A DNA stretch of 64,000 nucleotides from Azolla caroliniana (Eukaryota > Plantae > Polypodiophyta): contig JBHGNT010000006.1 of assembly GCA_043228905.1 (NCBI GenBank), forward strand, positions 12,028,001 through 12,092,000. The letters run 5' to 3'. Below, piece by piece: positions 12,813 through 25,917 of this stretch (its first letter is position 1; each line of letters starts with the position of its first letter). Position numbers and translations under genes: made by a program. The notes below the pieces were generated by a model. The model searched no databases. It saw only the letters and a program-made list of their open reading frames with translations, and was not told the DNA's origin.

Positions 12813-15800
12813 ATGAGGGGATCCGAGCTTGTTGAAGCTATGGCAGTAGTTGTCGACTGGCTAGTGAGTGCTCGTGAGGGAACGGGTGCCCTTAATAGGG
12901 CCATAGAATCGATTGTCGGCACCATAGCCTGATTCGGTGGGAAGAATGCCACGAGCTATTTGGAGGCCTATTGGGCTGAAATGATCATGAGGGACATCCC
13001 GGAGGACAGACGACTGTCTGGATTCCCTCGAGTGGTGACGCCGAGCATCCACGTGGAGGTGCTCGAGGTGCTAGCTGGATGCCAGGCTTGGGTGGAGCTC
13101 GAGGGGCGGCTCCTCGAGAAGTATGGGTACGACGATTCGCTTCAACTATCGAAGCGGGACTTCATGGCTTGGGCCTGGGAAGGGGAGGATCGGGAGAAGG
13201 TCGCTCTCCTATTGGAGACGGATGACGGCCTCACGGCCGACTAGGCTGTGGTCAAAGGGGTCTGCGCCCGCTTTGACAAGTGGCGCGAGGAGGTCTCGAC
13301 GGCGTCGGAGCCGGTCCCGGCAAGGAAGCTCGAGGAGCCGGTATCGGTGCCGGCTGGGAAGGAAGAGACTCGGAATTGGCTCGAGATGGGCCCAGCCTCA
13401 AGCGGAGTGGTCCAAGGCTCTTCTGGAGGAGCGGCTCTGGAAGAGCTGACGCAAATGGTGCGCGACCTCCAGATCGCACAAGCATGGAGGGACAACGGCG
13501 ATCAACCTCGTGATCGGAGGCCGCGGACGGGGCAACGATGCATGTGGTGTGACGCGGTCGGTCACATCCGGAAAAAATGCGCGGATTTCATAGAGGCACT
13601 TCGGGCCAACGTGGTGTACCTCTGGAATGGGCGGGTGCATGCCGGCGACACGCTGAAAGCCCTAGAGTTGAACAACGGGCGCGGCGGGATGAAGCGCTTG
13701 ATGGAAGAAGCCGCGACGCGACATGTAGAGGCCGTCCACTACTCCGGGTCGGGGGCGACGAGGGTCGAAAGGCGAAAGACCCCGGATTCTGGCTGCTGGT
13801 GCTGGAAGGCCTCTCCGGGGTACAGTTAAAGAAGGAGGAGGCGGACCGCGTGGAATAGCGGATCCGGGGGGTCACCGGATGGGACGATCCAGTTGAAGAG
13901 AAGATTGGCTTCGTGGAAGCCGCATGCCAGAACTACGGGGTTTTGGTAGAAGACAAGCGCGCGGGAAGGGCTAGAGAGGCCGGTCCCTCACAGCGGTACG
14001 AGACCCGGTTCAGACCAAAGCAGAACGATGCTGGCAACACCGGGGTGCCGAATAGAACGAAACGGGCCGGTTACCGGTTGAGCACGGAGATTGAAAGGTC
14101 AACGGACCTGCGGAAGGTCCTCGAGGAGCGGATTCTCGACAGCAAGGTGGAGCTGTCGCTGAGGAAGGTGCTCGGAATCGCCAAGAAGGAGTTCCACGAC
14201 TCCATTGTGGACTTCGTGAAGCAAAAGCGGTTCTCGATGGAATCGGGGCCGGAGAAGTTCGTGGAGGTGCGGATGACGCGCCTAGAAGACACAGCCCTAG
14301 AGGATGAGTTGGCGGACAGCTACTACGTGAAGCCACATTGGGCCAAAGCCACTATGGAGACCCCTGTTTGGGTTGGGGACGTGCAGGAGCCGGTGGTGGC
14401 ATTGATAGACCACGGCTCGAAGATCAACTAGTCCATGGACTTCTACAAAATGGGGAAGTGGCCGATCAACACCAAGCATGGGTGGAAGATACGCATGACG
14501 ACACACGCTACGAAGGAGCTGCATGGTGCGTGCCCGAATGTACGCATAAAGATCAACGACGTTGAGATAGATCAACACTTCTTTGTGCAGGAGACCTCCT
14601 CGCACCCGGTGATACTCGGCGAGCCATACATTACCGCGGCACGGATGGAAACGAAGGTGCTTGACAACGGATCGGCGTATTGTGCGCGTGAAGAGCCAAG
14701 ACGGACAACGCTCCGTTCAATTTTTGACGGTGAGGCCGAACCATGAGCGTAATCGTGAGACCCTCGGCGGCGAGAGCCGAGGGGATTTTTAGAGAGGGCT
14801 ATCAAGGCGTGGGGCCGGGCCGAGATAGTCCGGACTCCTTGGAAGAACCCCACGCATGTACCATAAATAGGAAATTTTGGTTCTCCGATAACGGAGGTTG
14901 TACTATAGCCGGCCTCAGTGGCCAGGAAAAGAAGCGAGTGGAAGAAAGACTCAGAGCGTACAGAGTCCTCGCCCCTGGCGAAGAGATTGGCGGTGCCGTG
15001 GAGGCAGTTTCCTTCGATGACACCTTGGGGGAATTACGCGAGGTTGTCGAGGGAGGCCTTAGTGAAGACCAGGCAGTTCTGGTTAGTTCAGTGGAGATGT
15101 ACGAAGTCATCGCTGACTTCGGGGAAAGGGTCGGGTTCGATCGGACGGCCCGAGTGGATACGAAGTACAAGATTGTGGACCGGAAGGCGAGACCAGTCGC
15201 GGCACCCTTGCTGGAGGGCAGCGAGTTACGGATGAAAGGGGTCGCGTCAGACCCAAGTTTAGGAGATCCGGCTGGCATAGGACACCGATTCACCGACATA
15301 ACGTTACGAGAGCTCAAGGTCGGTGGGGGTGGCTTTCTACTGCTGGCGGAGGAGGACCGGTTTCGGAGAATGCTCGAGAGGCACGGAAAGGCCTTCGCAT
15401 TCTCGCCGGAGGAGATCGGGTGCGTAGACCCGACGATTGTGGAACCAATGGTGATCTTCACGGTACCGCATGTACCGTGGAATCTCAAACCGATTCTAGT
15501 ACCCAGAGCTCACATCCCGAAGTTGATGGAGCTATTGAAACAGAAGGTGGATATGGGCATCCTCGAACCGTCGAGGGCCCCGTATTCTAATCAGTGGCTT
15601 ACCGTGCCCAAGAAGAACGACACATTGTGCTTCATCTAGGACCTACAACCGGTCAACAAGGTGACCATTCGGAACGCAGGAACCAGACCGACCATAGACG
15701 AGTTCGTGGAGGCCTTCGCCGGAAGGTCAATTTACTCGGTTGGTGATCTGTACTCGGGATACGATCAGTTCTAGCTAGCTGTGGAGAGTAGGGACATTAC

Positions 15801-18260
15801 GACGATGCAGACTCCTCTCGGCCTAGTACATATGTGTACCCTTCCGCAAGGAGGGACGAACTCGGTAGCCCACATGGTGAACGCAATGAACAAAGTGCTA
15901 AGGGATTGTATCCCAGACATCACCATGCCATTCTTAGACAACATCCCGATCAAAGGATGCCCGATGGAGGATAAGGACGAGACAATCGGACCGGACGGAT
16001 GCCGGAAGTTCGTGGCGGACCACGTCGATGACTGGGAGAAGGTGCTGCAAAGGCTAGAGGGCGCAAGGCTCACCTTCTCTGGGGAAAAATCGGCCTTCGG
16101 GAAATCGGAGATCATGGTCATCGAACACCTATGCGGGCCATTCGGTCAAAAACCGTCGCTGGCCAAGGTAGAGGCCATCTCCGCAATGAAGCGCAATTGC
16201 AATTCGGTCACGGAAGTCCGGAGATTCTTGGGAGCATGCGCGTTCTACCATATCTGGATCCCGCATTATGCCCATGTTGCGGAGCCGCTCTATGGATTGC
16301 TGAAGAAAGGGTGTAAAGTCGAGTGGAGAGAGGAGCATACGGAGTCAGTCCGAAAAATGAAAGGAGCACTTGTTGTGGCGCCGACACTCCGGAAAGTGGT
16401 CTACGGTAAAGACATTCCGATTTACGTGACCATAGACACGAGTCCGACCAGAATTGGATGGGTGATCAACCAAGAGGATGAGAATGGCACGAGGTTCCCC
16501 ATCCGGTTCGGCGCAAAAGTCCTCAGTGAACGACAGCGAGGGTATGCCCAGGTTAAACGCGAACTCTAGGGTATCGTTTCGGCGGTCAAGGCCGACAAAG
16601 ACTATCTGATTGGGATGGAGGTGATAATTGAGACGGACTGCCTGCCGATTCTCGGTATGGTTTCAAGATGTGTGATGCCGGACCTGGCAATGCTCAGGTG
16701 GATAGCGTACATCAAGTCCCTGAATCCGGAAATACGACACATTTCCGGAAAAGACAACGCCATGGCCGACATGCTTTCGAGGGCGAGATTCGATGATGAG
16801 GACAACATGGTTTTGGAGGACGAAGAAGTCGGCGTGGACTTCTTCGAGACGACTTACGTAACAACAAGGAAGGGGAGCACTCCGGCGCTTAACGAGTTCG
16901 ACGAGAGTAAGTATGACGGGGAGTGGCTCCAGACGGCGGGTTCCTGAAGACAATGACATTGGACATGGCGTGGACGAAGGAAGAGACCAACCGGATTCGG
17001 AAGAAAGCGTACCGATTCTTCTTACGGGATGGGTGCATATGGAAGCACCCGAAGAAGAGAAACGACATCCCGCTCCGGGTTGTGGCGAACAAAGAGGAAC
17101 AGGTGGAACTGTTGACAACGTACCATGAGAGTCCTTGGGCTGAATACTGCGGGACGTGGGCCACATTCGAGAAGCTAAAGGGGAAGTACTGGTGGCGGGG
17201 ACTATACCGGGACGTGCATCGGTTCATGACGGCTTGTGAAAGCTGTCAGATGCACTCCATAGTCCGACGTCGGGATGAGCTCCACCCGACCTACCCTCCG
17301 ACTATCCACTTCAAGTGGATTGTGGATATGGTGACGATGCCGATGGGGGTAGGGCAGATGCGATATCTGGTGCTGGCCCGAGAGGACCTGACAAACCAGG
17401 TGGAAGGCCGAGCATTGCCGAACAAAACGACCGCGGTCGTGTGCCGATTTCTGATCGAAGAAGTGGTATGTCGGTACGGGTGCGTAGGAAAGATCGTAGC
17501 CGACCACGGAGAACTGGATGCAAAGGAGGCTGAAGAGTTGTTTGACCGGCTAGGGGTTAAACTCTCGCTCACCACGGCGTACAATCCGGAGGCGAACGGG
17601 AAGGTGGAATGCGGACACGGGCCGATTGTCAAAGCGTTAGTGCGGGCATATGGAGGCCAAGTCGAAAATTGGCCGCGGCTCTTACCCTATGCGTTGTGGG
17701 CCGACCGAACTATGCATAGTTCGGTAACCGGGTTCATGCTGGCGGAGCTGATGTACGGGCAGAAGCCGGTCATGCCAATGGAGCGAACGATCTCCTCATG
17801 GGCCACGGTGGACTGGAGAGACGAGATGAGCCGGGAAGAGCTGTTAGCGGTGCGGATTCGACAGCTCGAGCGAAGACCGGAGGATGTGGAACGAGCCGCG
17901 GAAAAGCTGCGGGCCGCGAGTGTAAAGAACAAGGGGTGATTCGACCGGACTCACAGACTAAGGCCGAAGAAAATCGAGGAAGGCGACTGGGTTCTGGTAT
18001 ATGACAACAACTTCGACAACCAGCACAAGGCGATGTAGAAGTTCGCAAGGAGGTGGTTCGGGCCTTACGTGGTTACAAGCGCCAATGACAATGGGACCTA
18101 CCATCTCGCGGAGCTTGACGGGACGAGGATGGGAGTACCAGTGGCCGAGAAAAGGATCAAAGCGTTCAAAAAGCGGCACAAGGATGAACCGGACCTGGAT
18201 GACTTGGATAGCGAGGACGATTGGTTCGGAGCGAATGGCGATCCGGAGGACGAAGGGTAA
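12813..18260 (+). pseudogene. G1 gag-protease and RT-RNaseH-integrase coding region, degenerate
   Basis: ORF pieces 12960-13244, 13248-13829, 13913-14431, 14435-14746, 14743-15639, 15781-16569, 16615-16947, 16923-17939, 18069-18260 are colinear with G2. Confidence 0.9.
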
Positions 18261-18333
18261 GCGCGGGCCGGTCTTCTCCGGCAAGAGTTTATTTTGGTGC
18301 ATACCGGTGGATGCGCGGTTAGGTGGGGGCGGA

Positions 18334-19022
18334 TGTCGTGGAGAAAACTGTCCCTAGGCGGAATCGGAGAATGATGTGCACGAACCGGCCCTTACACGCA
18401 GGCACAATTTTTGTTGTAATGTACATATTTGGGTACAAGTCGGCTGATGTGAATATCCTAGGTCGCACGGATTTGATAGGTAGGAAATTGAGGCATATCT
18501 CTGTTCGAAAGGATAGAGAATAAAGATGATGTAACAAGTTGTAACGGCCTCCCTCCTTGGGCTATAAAAGAGAGGGAGAGGAATCGTAAAGGGGATCGCT
18601 TTTGTCGAGGAGGAAGTGCTATCGGACTGGGACCGAGCTCTTCTCCTCCGTCTTTCTCTGTATTTTGCTCTGTGCAGGTTTTGGAGAGAGTGACTCTGCT
18701 CCGCGGAATGCCCGAGTGCTTCTGGCAGAGTCTCCATCTCGCTCTTTTGTGTGCATGTGCATAGGCGTAGGAGATTCATCGCTCACCGTCCTGCTAGTTG
18801 TAACCCCTTATTCATTAGAATATATATATATATATATATACATATACACATTTGTCTCGTTTTCGTTGTTTCATTCGGTTGTGGTTTCTGTGTACCTGTG
18901 TGTTTGTGTGTGTGGACACATAACTGTTGTCTTTCTTGCTCCTACTCCTGATCAGTTATTCCTCGGTCCAATACCCCCGTGGTCCCGCCTCGTTCTATAC
19001 GCACGCGCGTAACAACGCGACA
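18334..19022 (+). repeat. 3' LTR of G1 (689 bp)
   Basis: Direct repeat of 12077-12767, preceded by the PPT and followed by TSD CCGG. Confidence 0.95.
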
Positions 19023-20828
19023 CCGGTAAACAACGGTTTCGTGGTTGGGTTTCGGTTTTTTGCGTAGGTCAAATTTTAAACTTTAAAAATTTCCCCAAAA
19101 TGTGAGAATAAGGCATGAAAATGAAAAGATTAATTGAAAACAAAATTAATTAATTAATTAATTATTTATTTATATTTTTTTGAATTAAAAAAAACCGTTT
19201 AAATCGTGGTTTCTAACTATTGAAACCAAACCGAACCGTTAAAACAACCCGAACCTGAACCGAACCGTTAAAACCATTAAGTTGCGGTTTCGCAGTTCAG
19301 TTCGGTTCAAACCGAACCATTGCCGATTGCTACTTGCATCGTCTCTTCGCACGTAGTCTCGACTCAAATGCTTCATCTCAAGCACCTCGTGTTGTTCGCC
19401 TAGAGTATGCACTCAGTCTTGCCATCAACATGTTTGTCATCGTCAGCATCTCCTTACCTCTTAGGCTTCTACGAGTCATCGGTCCATTCACATCTACGAT
19501 GTCTTTCGGATTTTAGCCATGCATATATGAGCATCTGTTTGTGTGAGCATTTTGATGCATGCGTGCAAAGCAAAATCCTCATTTGTTGGGAAAATCCTTG
19601 ACAACTCGAAACACTACTTGTGTTAATGTATAATGGTTATGCAAACAAAGAGTCAACACCTATCCATAATGTTGCGCCAAATGAGATTTGAACACACAAA
19701 GTTGAAAATTATCTAGTAGACTAGCACATGCTTTACATCTAAATCATCATGAAGAAAATACAAATTTATGTTATATATTTCTACAAAATATAAATGTCAT
19801 ATTTGTCCTTGAATTTTCTAATTAATCATGGAAGAATGACCTAGAATATACATCCACAAATGCCAACTCCATTGGCCTTATGGTGATTGTTAGATTCTAG
19901 ACATTAATGGCATACATTCACTATTCCTTACTAGCAAAGTGGGTAAATTTGATGGGTATATTCTACTTATCATATTTGTTGAGGGACCACCTAGAAACTT
20001 GATGCAGAACAAAGGGGAGCAAGACGAGAGCGATTGATAACATTTGAATGAAAAGATAATGCACTAGCAAACAAAACATCTCTCTCAGAGAGTTGTCTTT
20101 GTTGCTCTAGTGCAAGCTCAAAAAAGAGAAGTCTCCTGGATTATGCACAATCCCTACTTTTACATGTTCACACGTAAAAACTAATGGTCTCAATTATTAG
20201 AGCCTTTGGACCTCCGAAAGCCCTAGAGGTAGACAACATCTCATTCCACAAGATGGAATCTAATGAGATTTTGGGATGATAGCATCTTGGAATCAATTTT
20301 GGAATCGTCGACGTGGATGCATGTTGTTCGCTCCCATTGCCCACAAAGGAATTTTGGGCTTATGAGTTATGTGATCCTCCAAAAGCTTCATCTAATGAAT
20401 TTTACAAGTCAGCATCTTGAATTGATTTTTTGGAATAGTTAATGTGGAAGTGACCTAGTCGCTTTAGTTACCAACAAAATAATGGCATGGCTTACAAATT
20501 TGTGAATCTCTCTAGCAAATTTCATATTGCTAAATTCTGACAAGTCAACATATTGGAATCCATTTTGCAAGTGTTGATGTTGAAGTACACTAGATCCCAT
20601 CACACATAAAAGGGAACTAGAGTTAGTGATCCTCACCTCCCACCAATGCTTTGAGCATGCAAATTGAATTTTAGAACATGGGCTATTCACTTCCCCCTCC
20701 CTCTTTGACTTTCTTTTATCATGTTCAGGCTATATACCTTAGCGTGTTAAATCTCACTATTTTACAACATGATCACAAAAAATGTAGATGTTGAACGCAT
20801 CATCTTTTGATCAATCTTAGTGATAATT

Positions 20829-20997
20829 CTCTCTCTTTCTCTCTCTCTAATTAGCTTATCCTACTGGTAAGTTGTTACACTATTAACACCATGTCTTGGG
20901 TTCGAAACCCAATCTCTCATCTCTCTATTACTTCACATATATCTCTTGTTTGACTAGATGCCTCTATGGAATGTAGGGGTTGAACCCATGACCACTA

Positions 20998-21040
<43 letters not shown>

Positions 21041-21130
21041 TTAGCTTACCCTAGTGGTAAGTTATTCTATTAACATTGTGTCTTAGGTTCAAAACCCAAA
21101 TTTCTCACTTTCCTAGTACTCCACACATAT
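20829..21130 (+). repeat. Two direct copies of a ~80-bp tRNA-like (SINE-head-like) unit, each preceded by a (CT)n tract
   Basis: TAATTAGCTTA-CCTA-TGGTAAG...GGTTCGAAACCC (B-box 20899-20910) is repeated at ~21038-21100 (GGTTCAAAACCC). Confidence 0.5.
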
Positions 21131-24100
21131 CATGGGCCATCAAAAGCAATAATAAAGCATTAAGCACCTTTTATAGATCTAATTCAAAAGTTATGTCTAG
21201 CTACAAGCATGCTAATAAATATCCTCGATAGTGGACACTATCAATTTGAATTACATGCTCATTGTTGTACAAATGGATCTAAAACTTAATGTACTAACAA
21301 AGAAGATAAAAATACATCATTCGTCTCCTTGGAAGAAAGCCAACAACTTCAAGATAAAAATCTCAACAATCCTATATCTCCCTGAGGCTCCCTTCATCTT
21401 CACAGAATTCTGCTCTATTAATGGTGGCAACATTGAGCACTATTTTTACTTGAAGATATCAATTTCATATTTGTTTTTATGATGTATAAAATGGTTAATT
21501 TTATTTCAAGATGTGTATAAATCTATTTGCCACTTTTTAAAAAGGTTCCTTCCATATCCATGGTGTTATTGGCTCAGGGGATTGGCCCACATAGATGTGA
21601 TAAGATCCAATAAGTGTCCTTTTTGTTTTACAGATGTGTTGTCATTGGAAAACTTGAATGATGTTGCTTCAACAACATCATAACAGAGAAAGTTGAACTC
21701 TAACACACCCTAAAGGCAATGTTTTTATTTGCATCATCTCTAAAAACCAAGTTGCCATCATGCAACATCTCCAGCTAACAAGCCCATAATTTTGTTGTGA
21801 TGAATTACCGAGGTTATGAGGTTTGCATCCACTCATTGCTTTATTCTCGTACTAGGTACCTCACCATGAAACAAAAATAACAAAATTGCATGTCCCATAG
21901 ATGCTAAGTCATCACTATCGTTCGACTTACTTAACCTTGCTTGGTTAATAAACTAATTGTATTTCTCTTAAGTTTAGCCAGCCACAAAATAGAAATCATA
22001 GTATACACTTGAAAATTACACATATGCATGTGGGCACACACAATTAATGTTCATTTTGTCTAGGAAATATTTTACAACAATTACAAATTATGCAACAAGT
22101 GATGGAAGGTGGATAAATTTGCCAATGAGTGTTCAATTTGTTGGGGAATTTTTTTACAGGAATTACCAATTGAGCTACAAGTGATGAAAGTCGGATACAT
22201 TTGTTGATGAACTTTGTTTTGCAACACACGTGAAAGATGTCTCGAAGAGAATCAAATGGATATTTAGATAAGAAATAGCTTGATATGGGTAGAGATTTGA
22301 GTTTAATGTAATGCTTTGACAAGATAGTTCATTTTATAATATCTCGCTTGTACTCTTTCAATCATTATGTAGTCAATCATAAATACTTCAGAAAGTTAAA
22401 CTACTCCTCGTGAAGGGAAATTTGTATAATGTACCAATTATATGTTCATGGTGATATCATGACTCACACTAGTGACTATATATACTCTTTCATTGACTTA
22501 CCTTTGGAACTGATCATTTATTCTTACGTATGGAATTGCAGTTCAATTCCTCGATTGGGTTACAGTTTTGGGAACTCGCGAATCTGATAGAGAAATTCGA
22601 AATTCGAAATCGAAAAATCACTTTTACTACATATATTCCAACATGCATATAGATGCAAGTTATACATTTATATTTATATGTATATACATAAACACACACT
22701 CACATGATGGATGAAAACATATGTATGGGTGCACTACACACACGTATATGCATGCACACACACACACACACACACACATCTTGTTGGCTACTATGTAAAG
22801 CCTTTCATTTACAGGTTGATGGCAATTCACAAGATGCTTAATTGAGGTTATACAAAGGGAAGAAGCTCCTTGAGATACATTATCCAACATTACACTAAAA
22901 ACATTATTGCCTAGAAGTTTATTTTGACGATGGTCCATCTAATTACGTAGTTCGTCACAAGTAAGAAAATACTTAACATGTAAATTTGTAACTAGCTACG
23001 CATATTTGACCGAAGATGAGACATCTCCATCAACCAAAATTTTGGTGTTGAGACCATACATAAGTTGTGCCATACAAAAGCAAGATATATTCATGCATTG
23101 TTTATTATACATTGCCTAGGTAAAGGCTTCATTAATTAGTATTACATATACGATCATCACATTTACCTTAGCATTGTGGACAATTTCTTGTTGAGATACG
23201 CAATGGAAAATATGATCCATTCAAATTAGTGTCTTTGAGAGGAGCATCTTGGTTATAAATAACTAAAATTTGATGCTTCATTCAACACTCTCATCAAATC
23301 GACTTAGAATGCATTGGAAGCATATGTGTTGATGGTGAATTCCAATTTCCTATAAATGTCTTGCAACAATGTAGCGTGCAACACTAATTTTTGACAAAAT
23401 ATTTCCTATACATGTCTTGCAACAAAGTGTGCAACATTAATTTTGGTTTATGTAGGCATTAAATAGTTTGGTAAAAATATTTCACTTCCACATTTGTCAC
23501 AAGGACTTTGTCAATAGATGCCAATATATTGTTTAAAAATGTTAGTAGTGTGTATGCATGTGTTGGGGTCCAAGTTTGTACTCTAAAACATTTGACTTGG
23601 ATAAACTTGTAGCCAATGGAGAATCCAAATATTAAATAGTTTTCTATAGACGAGATTTTCAAAACACCTTTACCTTGAAGAACATTGAAGAACACAATGC
23701 TCACATTGGTAATAGACGCTGAATATTTATGGCTCTTATCAAGTAATCTGGAATTTGAAACGAACAACATCCCTCGCTCTCATGCACTTAAAACACCCTT
23801 GAATATGCTCGATTCATTGTTCTTTAACAAGTTTTCCTAGCTTTTTCTATACCTAAGTGTTCATGAGTACAACATTGTTATAGGGGTATTGGGTTAAAGC
23901 CAATAGAAGTTGCACGTCATGAGTTGCTTCTCTACTTTCTTTGGTTTGCTAATACATACAATATGTATACACACATGTATGCATACATTATACATGTATA
24001 CTATGTCAATCTGACTACCCATTTTGTTGTGTGTACCAGAGAGCACTTTGTTTTTCTTTCTCTTTGTCTAAATCAAAGCCAAAAAACAAGTGTAAGTGGG

Positions 24101-25233
24101 CAAATAGGGCCACGTCGAGCACTTTTCAACGACACAATTTACAGAACAAAAGATAAGAGAAAAGGAAACCTTTATTTTTTCTTTTCTTGGCATGGGTTTT
24201 AGATGGGGGGGAAATTAGAGTTGATCCGCAACCTCACCTGGAGAAAAGTAGAAAATGTCAAAAATGATAAGGGTCCGTTAAGATGGGGACAAGCCTTACA
24301 TTGATTAGGTTGCGTGAAGTCATGTAACAGTTAATCATTTGGAGAATGTTAAAAAACCATTCATGCGTTGCACATACCATGGAGTTCAAGGAGGCTTAAA
24401 TTCAAGGATGGTTTGCGGTTTCACAATTCCATTCACCTCCAAAACTCTGACTAAATCCCTCCCTATTTGTTTATCCATGATCGATATAGTTTCTTGGTTC
24501 CCTCTTGTACCACAATCAACATATGTTTGCGAACTTTTCCAAGTGTCTCATTAGTGCTATGGCATCATTAGATGTGTGCGAATTTGAAACTCTACTAATA
24601 TGTTTATTGATAGAGTTTCAAACTCAAGCAATAAGCATTTTAGTAGAGTTTCGCGGGCCTTCACGTTTGAGCTAAAGAATTTGGTATATGGACTTCAATA
24701 ATGCTCCCAAACTCTTGTATCAATTAGCTCACAAAAACTTAGAATCATAAACAATACGATGCATCACCTTTGTGTTCACCTTGGGTTAAGTTTGTCCAAA
24801 TTTGACGTACTTTATATGCTTTTTTGTCCATCTTTTGAAGACGGATCCACTCGTTTCTAGCTTGGCAAACACATTTCAGACTGTCCCTTGTATCCGACCA
24901 CTTTTGGCCATAAAGGCACCTTTTGACATACTAATTGTTGGAAGTTCTTGGATCCTCGCTCCAACGTGCTTTGTGGCTCTCGGCCCAATCGTGTTTCGTA
25001 GTGTATGTAACAAGTGTATTCACGACGTATACAATAACAATGTCTGGTTTTGAGAAGAGGGGAACAGAAAATGGAAAATGGTGACGAAGTTTTGCAGATG
25101 GAGGAAATACACACTTGCATATGTGGTGGGGGGGGGTAAAGCAGAAGCAGCCGTGTTGGGAGAGGAAGGGTGGTGGTGCGAAACAAGAATGGTTAAAAAG
25201 AAATAGAAATAAAGAAAAGGCCGTTTGGCTGGT

Positions 25234-25236
<3 letters not shown>

Positions 25237-25296
<60 letters not shown>

Positions 25297-25528
25297 TAAA
25301 AAAAAAGAGAAAAAAAAGGAAGAAGAGGAGGAGAAAGAAGCTGAAGTTGATGAATGATGATGAAGAGGAGGGCCAGGCCAGGTAAAAAAAATAAAAAAGG
25401 AAGAAAAACATACAAGAGATAAAACAAAAGAGAAAGAGAAAAAGCAAAAAACAAACAAAAGAGTACCCCCCCCCCCCCCCACCCCCAACAAAACCCCAAA
25501 AAACAAAAGAAGAAAAAGGAAAAAGGGC

Positions 25529-25571
<43 letters not shown>

Positions 25572-25884
25572 GGAGTGAGATAAGCATTTCAGGAGAAGGG
25601 ATGGGAGGGTGGATGAACCAATTGACTTCTTCCACGTGGAAAGTGCTGGTGACGTGGAGATAAGATTTTCGGGCCCGACCAATCGTTCTCCTCTCTCCCC
25701 CCATTTCGCTTTTCTTTTTCCTTTTTCTCCTTTTTCTCCTTTCCTCTGCAGACACCCTCTCCTCTCCTCTCCTCTCCTCTGTTCCTCTTCTCTCTCTCTC
25801 TCTCTCCCAAATCTCTCTATTATCTCTACCCAACTCTTCTCTCATCTCTCTCTAGTCTTACCAAATCTCTCTCTCTCTCTCTCT

Positions 25885-25915
<31 letters not shown>
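25237..25915. repeat. Microsatellite-rich upstream region of the CCT gene: (GA)n at 25237-25293 and ~25532-25565, C-run, (CT)n, (CA)n
   Basis: Directly visible simple repeats. CCACGTGG G-box at ~25632. GA/CT tracts are common in plant promoters and 5' UTRs. Confidence 0.85.

Positions 25916-25917
<2 letters not shown>

Larger units (their letters stand above)
12077..19022 (+). mobile_element. Full-length but decayed Ty3/Gypsy LTR retrotransposon (element G1; Phygy-like non-chromovirus by inference)
   Basis: LTRs 12077-12767 and 18334-19022 (TGTC...GACA), TSD CCGG, PBS 12772, PPT AGGTGGGGGCGGA 18321-18333. Order: gag (CMWCDAVGHIRKKC), PR (ALIDHGS), RT (LPQGGTNS, FLDNI), RH (DTS...ETD...ADMLSR), INT (CESC, YNPEANGKVE). 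Many stops and frameshifts. Confidence 0.95.
11925..19332. mobile_element. Non-autonomous hAT-type DNA transposon (MITE, ~460 bp when empty), split by a Gypsy insertion
   Basis: 8-bp TSD CTTGCATC at 11917-11924 and 19333-19340. TIRs TAGCAATTGACAACGGTTCGGTT ... AACCGAACCATTGCCGATTGCTA. Many subterminal AACCG repeats. Confidence 0.92.

Noticed and set aside
14743-14820. ATG-initiated start of the 298-aa pol ORF in the +1 frame
   Set aside because: Artefact of a 5-bp GGGCC duplication. Comparison with G2 shows the true upstream frame is -1.
19400-23900. Possible decayed transposase or other TE remnants
   Set aside because: Too degenerate to assign without a translated database search.
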